A stretch of DNA of 64,000 nucleotides from an uncultured Planctomycetota bacterium (GCA_963845755.1 CAWJTV010000030.1:64001-128000), one strand, 5' to 3'; shown: positions 1 through 11,825, counted from the first letter of the stretch. The notes: a model not told the origin generated them from the sequence alone. A program made the numbers and translations.

Positions 1-77
1 ACCATATAGCCGCAGCGAGCCGGGATCGACGAGGCTATCGAGCGTCCACCAGCGCGAGCAGGCCGACGAACTCAACT

Positions 78-1064
78 TCAGGATGCCAGCAGTCTTTTGT
101 AGGGCTCTGGGTTGGCGCGCCAGAGGTCTTGGCTGCGTCCCTCACGGGTTTCGCGCCACAGATCGGCGAGCGATTCCTCCCACGCGATTCTCGGCTGCCA
201 TCCGGTATCAGCGACGATGCGGCCGATTGCAGCGCGCGAATCCGCCGGCCCTCGCCGGCCTAGTAACGCAGGATCAACGCGGAGCTTGACCGTTCGGCCA
301 CTCCACCGCAATAAGGAGTCGAGTCCGTCGCCGACGCGATTTGATTGGCCGGTTCCAACATGATAGACCTGTCCCAGACGGCCACGTAGAGCCAGCGCGA
401 TCATCGCACGCGCCACGTCGCGAACGTCGATGAAATCGCGGCGGGCCTCGAGGTCCCCGACCACCAATTCCAGCGGATCCGGGCCGGGCTCTCCAAGTCG
501 TGCCGCGAACTGGCCGAATGCTTGAGTCTGGGGTGTGCCCGGACCGATCGGGTTGAACACACGCGCGACCACAACCTCGAGGGGAGGCCGCTCTGAGAGG
601 CCCCGGAGCGTAGCCAGATGCTTACTTCGACCGTAAGCGTCAACCGGATAGCCGGTATAGTCCTCACCCACCGGAAGATGCGTGGCCTCGACCGGACCCA
701 ACTCGGCCGCCGAACCGGACAGCACAATTCGACACGGTTTGCTCAAGCACCGCAAGGCACTGAGCAGATGGATGGTCAACCAGAAATTTGCGCGGTAAAG
801 CTCATCGTCTGTGGCTGGAGGTGTCCGTCCCGCCGTGTGGATCACGTAGTCCGGGGCAAATCGTTGCAGACAATCGCGAAGGGATGCCGTGTCATTCAAG
901 TCGACGGCGACGAACCGTTCCTCGGGCCATCCCTGAGGTCAACGCCGACTCATCAGGATGACTTCCGTATCGGACCCGGAAACCCAGTCTTCACATGACG
1001 TCAGGGCTTCCACGACATGGCGACCCACGAAACCGGTCGCCCCCGTCACCAACCAGAGCGCCAT
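78..1064 (-). CDS. NAD-dependent epimerase/dehydratase (extended SDR, nucleotide-sugar reductase-like); one in-frame TGA at 939-941
   Basis: N-terminal LVTGATGFVG Rossmann motif (ATG 1064) is in the same frame as ORF 78..899, which has YGRSK (YxxxK), ARVFNPIGPG and RDFIDVRD. Confidence 0.85.
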
Positions 1065-1074
1065 GCTCTTCTCC

Positions 1075-2157
1075 TCAATCGATCGCCCCGTCACGGACCG
1101 GTTCCAGCGACCGGCTCGCACGCCTGGGAGCCAGGATGTCCTGGGCCACGCGAAAGACACTCGCCGGACTCAGCTTGCTCATGCAATCGTGATGACCCTC
1201 GGGACAGACCGGCCGCTGGCAAGGCCCGCACGGCACGGGATGTAAGAGGTGCCACGCGTGGGGATGGTATGTCCTGGTCCAGGCGACATGCGTCGGTCCG
1301 AACAAGGTCATCACAGGCGTGCCGAACGCGGCGGCGAAATGTCGCGGCCCGGAATCGGTTGTGATCAAGAGGGTCGCGCGGCGTACACACGCTTTCGTCA
1401 ATCCGATCCCCAGATCCTGGTCGGCCAGGCTGACGACCATCGGGTGTGCCGCCGTTTGTGCGATCTCGCGGGCGGCATCGCGCTCGCTGGGTCCGCAGAC
1501 AACCAGGACGCGCGTGTTCGACTCCTCGGCCAGCCTACGCGCCAGGTTGGAGAAATGTGAGACCGGCCAGTTCTTGGCCGGGCCGAATGCCCCTCCCGTA
1601 TTCAGGCAGACCACCCGCTCGCCTGGAGACAATCCCAGCGCCGACCAAGCCCGGTCGGCTGCGATCTCGTCGGCCGGGGTCGTGGCTAGGTTGAGTCGGA
1701 GGGAATCGACCGGACAATCGAGATGCCGTGCCAGCTTCACATAGGACTCCACGATCGGGATCGGCAGCCGACGTCCTGCATCATCGTGAGGATGATGCAG
1801 GACATCGGTCAGGAGAATGCGTCGTCTACATCGATCATAGCCCACGCGGCGCGGGATACCCGCCATCCAGGCCATCGCAGCCGATCGGAACGAGTTGGGC
1901 AAGAGTACGGCCAGGTCGAAGCGGGCTTTACGAAGTTTGCGTAATACGGCCGGAGACCGCTCATCTCGGAGGTTCGAACGCGGATCGAATCGGATCCACT
2001 CGTCGAACCACTCGGTCCCGTCGAGAGTCGGAACGACCTGAGGCTTGATTACCGCCGCCATGATCGCTCCGGGGAACCCGCGCCGGATCGCACGGAAGGT
2101 CGGAGTTGCCATGACAGTATCACCAACCAGGTTGGGGCAGAAAACAGCGATTCTCAT
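1075..2157 (-). CDS. waaF: Lipopolysaccharide heptosyltransferase II (GT9)
   Basis: PNLVGDTVMATP, LLPNSFRSA, GPAKNWP and TTDSGPRHFAAA...LFGPT motifs. Confidence 0.85.
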   Translation of the reverse strand: MRIAVFCPNLVGDTVMATPTFRAIRRGFPGAIMAAVIKPQVVPTLDGTEWFDEWIRFDPRSNLRDERSPAVLRKLRKARFDLAVLLPNSFRSAAMAWMAGIPRRVGYDRCRRRILLTDVLHHPHDDAGRRLPIPIVESYVKLARHLDCPVDSLRLNLATTPADEIAADRAWSALGLSPGERVVCLNTGGAFGPAKNWPVSHFSNLARRLAEESNTRVLVVCGPSERDAAREIAQTAAHPMVVSLADQDLGIGLTKACVRRATLLITTDSGPRHFAAAFGTPVMTLFGPTHVAWTRTYHPHAWHLLHPVPCGPCQRPVCPEGHHDCMSKLSPASVFRVAQDILAPRRASRSLEPVRDGAID

Positions 2158-3248
2158 GCTCCGGTGCCATTCCCTTCTCCAACAGGATTAATCGACATCT
2201 CCCGAGCCTCCTGCCGGTTCGCCAATCGAGCCGCGATCGCGGCGTGGAGCAATGGAATCATGATCTCGTGGTGGCCGGTCAGAGCGATACCCTTGGCCCC
2301 CGGCCGATCGAGAACGTTCAACAGACCACGGTATTTCTGGTCGAAATCCATGTTGGCCGCAGTCAACCCCTCGAGTGTGTGCCCCAGGTTCCGGGCGATC
2401 GCAACGGCCTTGAGAAAGACCTCCGGCATGACGACGGCGCTGCCAAGATTCAGCCAGACGCCGCCGGCCATCCTGGCTACCTCAGTGCACAGAATTCGAA
2501 AATCGCACAAGGCCGCTTCACCCAGCGCGGCCCCGTCCAGATTTGGTGTCATGTGGACAATGTCGGTACCAATGGCTACGTGCACCGTCAAGGGAATGCC
2601 GGCGCGCCGGGCCGTCGCAAGGAGGGAGACATCCAGGCCCGGCCCGCCGTGATCGAGGACGACATCGCCCAGCGCGGCTCCCAAACCGGTAGATGCCGAG
2701 ACAGCTCGACGGCACGCAGCATCGAAGAGTTCCGAAGTCTCCCGGGCGAAGCCGAAGGTGCCCGCCATCAGCCGGACGGCGACGTCTTCGCTGGTCCTGC
2801 CCGCAACCGCCAGCTCCAGGTCGTGGATCGCCGCGGCGCCGTTGAGTGCCAGACCTTGAAGGACGCCGCGATGCATCCAGTCGATCAGGTAAGGCGCACA
2901 GCCCGTCTTGATCACGTGTCCGCCGAGGGCGGCCAGCACCGGCCGCCCGCGTTCGCGGGCTCCAAGGATGGCGTCTCGGAGGTGCTTCAGGTTAGAGGCT
3001 CCGAGGAGTCTCGGCAGGCTATCGAGCCACTTTTCAATCGACGATTCTGATCCGACAGGCTGTCCCAGGTCTTCGAGGTGGACCTTGCTCGCCCGATCCG
3101 CGAGGGGTTCAAAGCGCAGGTCGTCCCATCTCAGCGTGGCCGAGCCGTCGGAGGTGACGCCTTGTAACGACTTCGGATGTGGCGGCTCAGACCCGGCAGG
3201 CCCATGGGTATGGATCTTTGGGACGGAGGCGAATCCCTTCGCACTCAC
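2154..3248 (-). CDS. Conserved hypothetical protein, deoxyhypusine-synthase-like fold
   Basis: GGHVIKTG, NGAAAIHDLELA, HVAIGTDIVH, GSAVVMPEVFLK and GHHEIMIPLL motifs; overlaps waaF by 4 bp. Confidence 0.65.
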   Translation of the reverse strand: MSAKGFASVPKIHTHGPAGSEPPHPKSLQGVTSDGSATLRWDDLRFEPLADRASKVHLEDLGQPVGSESSIEKWLDSLPRLLGASNLKHLRDAILGARERGRPVLAALGGHVIKTGCAPYLIDWMHRGVLQGLALNGAAAIHDLELAVAGRTSEDVAVRLMAGTFGFARETSELFDAACRRAVSASTGLGAALGDVVLDHGGPGLDVSLLATARRAGIPLTVHVAIGTDIVHMTPNLDGAALGEAALCDFRILCTEVARMAGGVWLNLGSAVVMPEVFLKAVAIARNLGHTLEGLTAANMDFDQKYRGLLNVLDRPGAKGIALTGHHEIMIPLLHAAIAARLANRQEAREMSINPVGEGNGTGA

Positions 3249-3269
3249 GAGATCTCCTTCTCACCCGGC

Positions 3270-4338
3270 TCAATTCGACGGTGAATACCGCACGAGCCGG
3301 GCCAAAGCGTCTTCCATGACGTCTTCACCCGCCACGATCTCGAGGCCGATCCGGATCGCTCGCAAAGGAACCGGCCCCAGGCTGCTGGCTCGCAGCTTCA
3401 CCAAATCCTTCTGCGTGGTCAAGACAAGATTGACCCCAAGGTTGCTCGCCCAGCGTTGCAATGCGTCAACGTCGGCGGCTATGTAATCATGATGGTCCGG
3501 GAAGATGCGAAAGTCGCGCAGCTCGGCACAAAGGGGCAAAATGGTCCGTCGAAAACCCTCCGGATTGCCGATCCCGCAAAATGCCGCCACGGACTGATCG
3601 CCCAATTCACCCAACGGAGTCGGAGTACCGTCGGCGTCGATTACGTCGCGCGGTGCATGCCGGGCTTCAACCCATTTCCGGGGCCCGGAGCCGCCGTTCC
3701 ACCTCGGCGCGAATGGTTCCTCGGTCGGCTGCAGTCACAAGGTCCGACCGCGATAGAACGACGATGTCGGCCCGTCTCAACGAGCCGAGGGGCTCGCGTA
3801 GCAGCCCGCGCGGCAGAAGGTGACCGAGACCGAACGGCTCGAGCACATCGATCAAGACCACATCGAGATCACGCGCGAGACGTCGATGCTGAAATCCGTC
3901 GTCAAGCACCAAAACCTCGGCCTCCAGTTCCTCGACCGCGACTCGGGCAGAACGGGAGCGATCCCGGTCCTGGAGGTGGGGGACATCGGGTAGATTCTCC
4001 TCCAGGACGCGGCGTTCGTCGTTGATTCCCTGGACTTGCTTGTAGCCCCGGCTGAGGATCGCCACTCGCCGACCATGCCGCCGGAACCAGCGCGCCACCC
4101 ACTCAACCATCGGAGTCTTGCCCGTTCCCCCGACGGTGAGATTGCCGACCGAAACCACCGGTACTTCGGCGCGATAGACCCCGAGCCAGCCTCGATCAAA
4201 CCCCAGGTTGCGTAATGCGATAGCCGCCCCATAAGGGATCGCGACGGACCGAAGCGACCACATTGCAACGTGCGCAATCGGACCGCCCGGCGGACCCTGG
4301 ATCAAGCGGAGATATCGGTCCTGGTTGAATCGGCTCAA
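3270..4338 (-). CDS. lpxK: Tetraacyldisaccharide 4'-kinase (frameshift near 3680)
   Basis: [24 protein letters not shown] and [10 protein letters not shown] in 3667..4338; [15 protein letters not shown] and TTQKDLVK in 3270..3614. Confidence 0.9.
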
Positions 4339-5429
4339 GCCCCTGCTTCCATGGCGCGGATGATGGCTTTGGCCATCGCGACCGTTCCCACGGCCGTGGG
4401 ATCATCGCGGTGCGGCTTCATGTCGTAGGTGACGTCCTTGCCCTCTTCAATTACCCGGGCCACCGCATTTTCCAGTCGCCGTGCGGCTTGAGTCTCGCCC
4501 AGGTGGTCGAGCATCAAGACGGCCGAGAGAATGAGGGCCGTCGGATTCATCTTGTACTGACCCTTATACTTCGGCGCCGATCCGTGCGTCGCTTCGAAGA
4601 CCGCTCCCGCTTCACCGATATTGGCGCCCGGAGCGACACCCAGCCCGCCTACCAAGCCGGCACACAGGTCCGAGACGATATCACCGTAGAGGTTTGGCAA
4701 GACCAGCACGTCGTACAGCTCGGGCTTCTGGACGAGCTGCATGCACATATTGTTAACGATTCGATCCTCGAATTCGATGTCAGGGTATTCCTTGGCTACC
4801 TCACGGCTAACCTCGAGGAACAGGCCATCACTGAACTTCAGGATATTGGCCTTGTGGACCGACGTAACCTTCTTCCGTCCATGCTTGCGAGCGTACTCGA
4901 AGGCGTACCTGACGATCCGTTCTGTGCCGGTAATGGAGATGGCCTTCACGGAAATACCCGAATCGGGCCGGACCGTCTTGCCGTTGAGTTTCTTGATGGC
5001 AGCGATCATCTCCGCGGTCTCTGGCTTCCCCTGCTCGAACTCACATCCGAAGTATAGATCCTCGGTATTCTCGCGAACGACGACGAGATCGACCGGAGTC
5101 TGGGAGAAGAAGGTTCGAACCCCGCGATAGATCTTGCACGGTCGGACGCAGGCGTAGAGGTCCAGAGCCTGCCGGAGGTAAACATTCACGCTCCGGAATC
5201 CGGTGCCGACGGGGGTCGTGATTGGCGCCTTGAGGGCAACACGCGTTCGGCGGCACGACTCGATCACGCTGTCGGGGATCGGCGTCCCAAGTTTGGCCAT
5301 CACATCGACGCCGGCATCCTGCTCGTCCCAACGGATGGCGACGCCGGTGGCCTCGATGCACATCTTCGTAGCTTCGGCGAGCTCCGGACCAACACCGTCG
5401 CCGCGAATGAGCGTCACTTCGTAAGGCAT
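4335..5429 (-). CDS. icd: Isocitrate/isopropylmalate dehydrogenase family (probably NAD-dependent isocitrate dehydrogenase)
   Basis: [32 protein letters not shown] and [10 protein letters not shown]; start taken at MPYEVTL. Confidence 0.85.
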   Translation of the reverse strand: MPYEVTLIRGDGVGPELAEATKMCIEATGVAIRWDEQDAGVDVMAKLGTPIPDSVIESCRRTRVALKAPITTPVGTGFRSVNVYLRQALDLYACVRPCKIYRGVRTFFSQTPVDLVVVRENTEDLYFGCEFEQGKPETAEMIAAIKKLNGKTVRPDSGISVKAISITGTERIVRYAFEYARKHGRKKVTSVHKANILKFSDGLFLEVSREVAKEYPDIEFEDRIVNNMCMQLVQKPELYDVLVLPNLYGDIVSDLCAGLVGGLGVAPGANIGEAGAVFEATHGSAPKYKGQYKMNPTALILSAVLMLDHLGETQAARRLENAVARVIEEGKDVTYDMKPHRDDPTAVGTVAMAKAIIRAMEAGA

Positions 5430-5628
5430 CAGTTCAGCATCTCCCTGGGATCCGTAGTGCCTGCGCCACGCGGGCGCCGCCAAGCCCGGTTTCGAGAACC
5501 GGACACCAATCGTTGCGATTTCCCCGCGGTCTGGTATGATTAATGATGACGCCAGGCTAACCGGGAGCGCGACATGCGTCAAGCGGCCCGGGCAGTATCA
5601 CCTTGACACGACACCTATTGGCTAGACG

Positions 5629-5988
5629 GTGCTCCCGACGATGATCGAGCCCCCAATCGCACCGGATCCGCGCGTTCGCAACTGGCTCCGGCGCCACTCC
5701 AGCCCGACCAGCTTCGTCCTGCACATGATCGGGATTCCACCGACATTCCTTGGGGCTCTGTTCGTACCGATCTACCTCGCACTGCTATCGCTGTCTGTCT
5801 TCTTCCTGGCCCTGGGCCTGTTCTTGGGGGGTTATTTGCTCCAGTTTCTCGGCCACTTCCTCGAACGTACCGACCCCGGGGAGATCATCTATTTCAAGCG
5901 CAAGTTGGGGCTCCCCTACGTGGAGTTTCCGACGCCGCGGGTCTCTCATCCACGGCCGAGTCTCGGGGCACCAGCCGCGTCGGCATGA
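5629..5988 (+). CDS. DUF962/Mpo1-like small membrane protein
   Basis: RH...LHMIGIP and LQFLGHFLE motifs with hydrophobic helices. Confidence 0.75.
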   Translation: MLPTMIEPPIAPDPRVRNWLRRHSSPTSFVLHMIGIPPTFLGALFVPIYLALLSLSVFFLALGLFLGGYLLQFLGHFLERTDPGEIIYFKRKLGLPYVEFPTPRVSHPRPSLGAPAASA

Positions 5989-6582
5989 CAATCGATCGGG
6001 AAGGCGGCCGACCCCGCTGTCCCTTTCCGTTGGCGGCGAAGTCGGAATCTGGACGTGCCGCTGGCAGGAGAACGCGGGAACGCGATTTTCGTCGTCTGCT
6101 TCTCGTGCTGGTCTTGCGAGGTCCGCGGCGTGAGAACTCCACCGAGACGGGTCGTTCGGTGTGGTCGATTGATATCGCGCTGGGACTTCCGCGAGCGGGC
6201 GAACGGCTTTTTTGGTCTAGGCTCGATCGGAAAAATCGATAAAATCCCCCTCATCGTTTCAAGTCGCACGCCGCAAGGAACCGATCCAATCCGACAAGTC
6301 GATCAAGCTGGATCTCTCGGGACAGGCGTGCGCCGCCGGGGCGGCACGGTCATGAACGGTTCGGGGGTCGTTGAGCCGGGCACGGAGCGCAGCTCGGTGA
6401 CGGGCACGACCCTCGAAGAATGAAGTGAGTAACGCGTCGCAGCGGGACACGTCCGGAATCGACCGGCTGCGGCACAAGCCGTGATGACACGGAAAACCCG
6501 AAGCCAAGCCAGGGACGGCGCGGCGCGACCCGATGGGTTGAACTCATCGTCACATGGCGATCTTAGTCAAGGACGGCTGGCC

Positions 6583-9097
6583 ATGCGATTGACCCTCCGA
6601 AGGAACCGATGGACGCGGGCGGCTTTGCTCGCGGCCTGGATCCTCTCTTCTGGTTGTCAGAAGCTTCCCTACATTGATGACTCCAAGCCGGTCCCGCATG
6701 ACAGCATGGGACGAATCGCATTGGAAGATACGGAGGTCAAGCAGGCGAGCCTGCTCAGCAGTAGCCTGGGGATGCAATTGCCCAAGGTGGCCAAGCCGCG
6801 GACGACCAACGATCCCGAGGCGGCGGAGATGTGGCCTCTGACCTTGCAAGAGGCGATCCGTATCGGCCTGGACAACTCCGAGGTGGTGCGCGTCATCGCC
6901 TTCGGTGCACAGGGGATCCCGATCGGTGGCTTCGAGCCGACCCCGCTCAATAGTGGTGCCAGCGCGGGCGTGGCCAGCTCCCTCGGGGCCGGCACGCTTC
7001 AAACGGTCTACGATCCTGCGATCCTGGAAACCCAGATCGCCACCGCCCTCTCCAATTTTGACACCGCATTCACCACGAGCCTCCTCTGGGGCGACACCGT
7101 CCAGCCGTTCAACAACGGCGTACAGGGCGGTTCGTTGAGCCTCACGGGGACCAAGTTCCCGATCGTGTCGGTGAATGATTCGGCGACGTTCCAGATCGGT
7201 CTGTCCAAGCGGAACGCCACCGGTGGATTGATGGGCATCACGAACAACGTAGCCTGGTCGTATCAGAACAGCTCGTTCCTGGTCTGGCCCTCGGCGTATA
7301 CGACGAATATCCAGCTCAGCTTGACCCAGCCGTTGTTGGGTAGTGCCGCGCTGCCGGGCCAGGCCGCCGGGCCGCCGGTGGGCCTGGAAGCCAACCGGGC
7401 TCCGATCGTGATCGCGCGGCTTAACGCCGACGCCGCGGTCTGGCGGTTCAAGGCTGAAATCATGGCGGAGGTGCGGTCGATCGAGCAACAGTACTGGAAC
7501 CTGGCGCAGGCCCACGTCCAGCTCTGGGCGGCCGACAAGGCTGTCAGCCTCGCCGAGGAGATCCTTAAACGCGAGGAAGCCGAACTGCAGGTTGGCCGCG
7601 GCACGGTTGCCGACGTCGCCGAGGCTCGCCAGCGGCTCGAACAATTCAACCTCGACCTGGTGACCCGGACCTCGGACGTCATCACGACCGAGCGTCAGTT
7701 GCGAAACCTCCTCGGACTTCCACCCGCCGACAATCGTCGGATCATCCCCGTGACACCGCCCACCGAGGCGCGCCTCGAACCGGACTGGGATTCGAGCCTG
7801 GCCCAGATGCTGAGTTTCCAGCCCGACATCGTTCAACAGCAGATCCTTGTCCGCGTCGCCGAGCTTCAGTTGCTGATCGCCCGCAACCAACTTCTCCCGC
7901 AGTTAAGCCTGAATGCCCTCTACCAACTCAATGGGTTGGGCCAATCGTTGGACCAGTCCTTCGCTGTCATGACCGGGGCCACCCTCAAAGCCCTCAATCC
8001 CGTCATCGCGAACCAGCAGAGAGCCGCCGGTCTCAATGAAAACCCGGGCAGTTACAACAATTTTAATCAGTGGCAGATCGGTTTCACGTTCCAGATGCCA
8101 CTCGGCATGAGATCTCCGCTGGCAAACTCTCGCCAAGCACAGTACATCCTCCTGCGAGCCAGGGCCTATCTTGCCCAGATCGTTCACCAGACGACGCACT
8201 CCCTCGCCCGGTTCTTCCTGGAAATCGACGCCAATTACAAGCAGTTTAAGACCGCCTCGAGGTTGAGAGCGGCGGCGGCGCAACGGCTCGACGCCCAGCG
8301 AGCGTATTATGAGGAAGGCCGTATCACCATCGACCGCTTCCTCGACGCAGTCAGCCAATACGCGACGGCCGTCGCCACGGAAGCTCAGTACAAGACCACG
8401 TACAACATCTCGATCGTGGCCCTGGAAGAGGCCAAAGGCACCTTGCTGGCTTATGACAATATTGCCGTCGCCGAGGGTCCGCATCCCCGAAAGGCGTACA
8501 TCCAGGCCCGTGATATCCAGGGAGCTCATCGCCAGTTCCACATGCTTCCCGACGGCCCGTTGATGCCGGCGAAGCCTTTTGGCCCGGCGAACCAGGATCC
8601 TGTTACCCCCAATCCTCCGCCCAATGCGGAAGGACCACAAAACCTGCCGCCGATGCCGGCTCCTGTCGGTCCGATCGGCCCATCCCCTGCACCTGTGCCG
8701 CCTCATGTGCCGGCCTCCGTGCCACCCTTCTTGTCGCAAATCGCTCCAGGCACAGGGGCTGTTAGTCCCGTTGCGAGTTCAGCCGGGGTGATGCCGGTCT
8801 CAAACTCCGGAGTGGGTTTCCGTCCTGCATCCGATCTGCGTCTGACCTCGGGAGAAGTCGCCAACGGTTGGTCTCGGCCGTTGGCGGCGCCGGTCATCGC
8901 GGGGAACACACCTTCGGCCTACGCACGAATTCCGGCTAGTGGCACACCCACGTCCACCTCGGCCACGATGAGTCCGTCTGCATCAGCGCCTCCGGATGCA
9001 GGCGGGCTCTCCGCCGACGGTTACGCCTTCGCCAGCTCCAGAAGATCTTCCGCGATTACCCGTATCGATCGATCTCCCTCCCTTACCGGCCCAGTGA
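6583..9097 (+). CDS. TolC-family outer membrane efflux protein, lipoprotein-like signal, long Pro-rich C-terminus (frameshift near 9000)
   Basis: LSSGC lipobox-like motif, LTLQEAIRIGLDN, LTQPLL, ARNQLLPQLSL; the Pro-rich tail continues in another frame to ...IDLPPLPAQ-TGA at 9095-9097. Confidence 0.8.
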
Positions 9098-9294
9098 CGC
9101 TCTCCCGGATCGTTCGGCGGATCGAAACCGCCGTCGGTCGGGTTGTCCGGACCACCCAAGTCCAGGTCTCGGTTTCGCTTGGGAGTTGTCAAAACCTTGT
9201 TGACCGTGGGCTTGGGGATCGCCACAATGAGGAGACTCTTGCTACCCCACCATAGCCGGGGGGTTACTCCCCACCCTGAGGAAAGGCGGTCACG

Positions 9295-10523
9295 ATGGAC
9301 GGCGCTCCGAACGATCGGTTGAGCGAAGGCAGTCAACGTGATTTTCTCAAGACAGCGTCGGCTACCGGCGGTGCCGTGGCCCTGGCGGCAAGTCCCTCGG
9401 CCTGGGCCGACCCGCCCGAAGCCGCGAAGGCGAGCCTTCCGACTGTGACGCTGGGCAAGACCGGCCAGAAGGTCACGCTGCTCGGACAGGGAACCAGTTG
9501 GACCTTGCAACCCGCCTTCTTGCAGGCGGCGTTCTTCTCGGGCGTTGGGTATGTTGACTGCTCGGAAAACTACGAACGCGGGAAGTGTGAAAAGACCCTC
9601 GGCGAAGTCCTCGAGCGGACAAAGTTGCGGAAACACGTGTACGTCGTCACCAAGTGCGGTCGCAAGGTCGGCGGTGCGGGAGCCTTCACCAACTATGAAT
9701 CGCATCTCAACGCCAGCCTGGAACGATTGAAGACTGACTACGTCGACTCGTACTACCTGCACGGCGTCACTGGTGGCGAGATCTCACTGCTCCATGATCC
9801 CGAAGTCAAGGCGGCCTTCGAGAAACTCAAGAAACTCGGCAAGATTCGGTTCTGTGGTCTGAGCTGCCACGATCGGAGGCTGCCGGAGGTCGTCACCGCC
9901 GCCGCAGAATGTGGCTGGATCGATCAGATCATGATCCAGTACAACTACCGCACGATGGGCGCGGATGACGTCCGTCGCGCCGTGGATGCAGCGTCCAAGG
10001 CCAACCTCGGAATCGTGGCGATGAAGACTCAGGGAGGCGCCGGCAGTTTTCGGGAGGGCGATACCTCGCCAAAATACAGGGAATTCATGGACAAGGGCTT
10101 CAAGAAGCAAGCGTCGGCAATCAAGACCATCTTCACCGACCAGCGCATCCACGTGGTGGTCAGCGAGATGACCAATCGCGACATGCTCCGCGAGAACATG
10201 GCCGCGGCGACCGACCATACGCTTTCCTCTCGCGATCAGAAGATGCTGGAAGAGTATCGCCTGGCCACGTCCCACTTGTACTGCCAGGGTTGCGGTCACC
10301 ATTGCGAGCCGGCCGCCAACGGAGTCGCGGTGGCCGATATCCTGCGGTTCCTTCGGTACGACGAAGTCTATGGCAAGCGTCGGCGGGCTCGTGAGCTCTA
10401 TCAAGCCCTGCCCCCCGAGGCTCGCAATCTCGTCGCGGCCGATCTGGCCGCAGCCCAGGCCGCCTGCCCGCATGGTCTCCCGGTCGCCGAACTCCTGCGC
10501 GGGCCGAGGCGAAGATGGGTTGA
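9295..10523 (+). CDS. Aldo/keto reductase with Tat-like leader and C-terminal Fe-S Cys motif (frameshift near 10500)
   Basis: LGKTG, SLERLKTDYVD, GKIRFCGLSCH, AMK, CQGCGHHC...CP; likely true end ...RAEAKMG-TGA at 10523. Confidence 0.8.
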
Positions 10524-10588
10524 ACAGGAGAGGATGAAGGATGAGGGCTGAAGGACGAATCGATCCGGTCTGATTCGGAATTCAGCCT

Positions 10589-10807
10589 TTATCCTTCCGG
10601 ATAGGCCGGGTCATCGAGGTCATCTTCTTCCCCGCAGTCGTCAGATCGATCTGGGACGCGGCTCTCGGGGATCGCGTAATCCCCATCGATCCAGCGCCCG
10701 AGGTCGATCAGGCGGCATCTCTGAGAACAGAAGGGGAACGACGGGAGATCGTCAACTCCGGCGATCTTGAAATGGCCGGCGCAGATGGGACATCGTCCTC
10801 GAATCAT
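10589..10807 (-). CDS. yacG: DNA gyrase inhibitor YacG
   Basis: CPIC...FPFCSQRCRLIDLGRW. Confidence 0.9.
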   Translation of the reverse strand: MIRGRCPICAGHFKIAGVDDLPSFPFCSQRCRLIDLGRWIDGDYAIPESRVPDRSDDCGEEDDLDDPAYPEG

Positions 10808-11130
10808 GGCTCGCTCTTGGAGCTGGTTGCCGCGGGCTTTGGCGCATCCGAAGTCGAGGGACTCGTCGAGCTGGGAGACGCGGAATCGCCCGAAGATTTC
10901 GTCTCGGCCGCAGGTTTCTCGGCCTGGGCGGCTTTCTTGTACGACTCACTCCGATAGTCGGTCTGATAGAATCCCGATCCTTTGAAGAGGATCGCGGCGC
11001 CGGGGCCGATCTTCCGTCGCAGCTTGGCCTGATGGCATTCGGGGCATTCCGTTCGAGGCTGCGCCGTGATAGATTCGTATGCCTCGAATTCATGTCCACA
11101 GTCGTCACAAATATAATCGTAGGTCGGCAT
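10804..11130 (-). CDS. FmdB-family zinc-ribbon protein
   Basis: MPTYDYICDDCGHEFE...CPEC...FKGSGFYQTDY. Confidence 0.9.
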   Translation of the reverse strand: MPTYDYICDDCGHEFEAYESITAQPRTECPECHQAKLRRKIGPGAAILFKGSGFYQTDYRSESYKKAAQAEKPAAETKSSGDSASPSSTSPSTSDAPKPAATSSKSEP

Positions 11131-11231
11131 GGCTTTCCCGTTCTCGATGACGATCGTTATTTGAACTCATCTCGTCCGTTCGATCGGTTACTGAGTTGCC
11201 GCCGTTTTCGAAGGGCCGGCTCGCATCCTCG

Positions 11232-11825
11232 TCAGTCAGCAGGGGGACGGACCGAGACGGCAACCTTGCTCGGCCGAAGGACTCGGTCGCGGATCTTGTA
11301 CCCTTTGGTGAGCTCGCCCACGACCGTGCCCTCGGGATGCTCGCGCGAAGGCTGCTGGAGGACAGCGTCGTGGAGGTTCGGATCGAACGACCCGCCCAGT
11401 GCCGCGATTGGCTCCACGCCGTGCTTGGCCAGGACCTCATGTAATTGTTTCTGGACCATGTCTAGCCCGGCGGTGACGTCGGCCGCGCCGGAGGCACGCA
11501 GGGCGTCGATGGCCCGCGCCAGGTTGTCGAGCGAGTCGAGCAGGTCGCGCGCGAGTGACCCGACGGCATACGCGCGATCGGCGTCGGCCTGCTGCTTCGC
11601 TCGCTTCTGATAGTTCGCAAACTCGGCGCGGCTCCGAAGGGCTTGCTCCCGAAACTCCTCGCGCTCCCTGCGCAATTGCTCGACGTCCTCGCTGGCGAAC
11701 AGGGACTCGCTGTCACTGCGCGAGCCGACCTCACCGGCACCTTTGGTAAAATGGGAGGCGGGATCGCCGGAGAGCGGATAATCCGAAGTCTCCAGGTCGT
11801 CGGGCTTCCGGGTGGATTCATTCAT
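11232..11825 (-). CDS. grpE: Nucleotide exchange factor GrpE
   Basis: RAEFANYQKR, FDPNLHDAV and KGYKIRDRVLRPSKVAV. Confidence 0.92.
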   Translation of the reverse strand: MNESTRKPDDLETSDYPLSGDPASHFTKGAGEVGSRSDSESLFASEDVEQLRREREEFREQALRSRAEFANYQKRAKQQADADRAYAVGSLARDLLDSLDNLARAIDALRASGAADVTAGLDMVQKQLHEVLAKHGVEPIAALGGSFDPNLHDAVLQQPSREHPEGTVVGELTKGYKIRDRVLRPSKVAVSVRPPAD

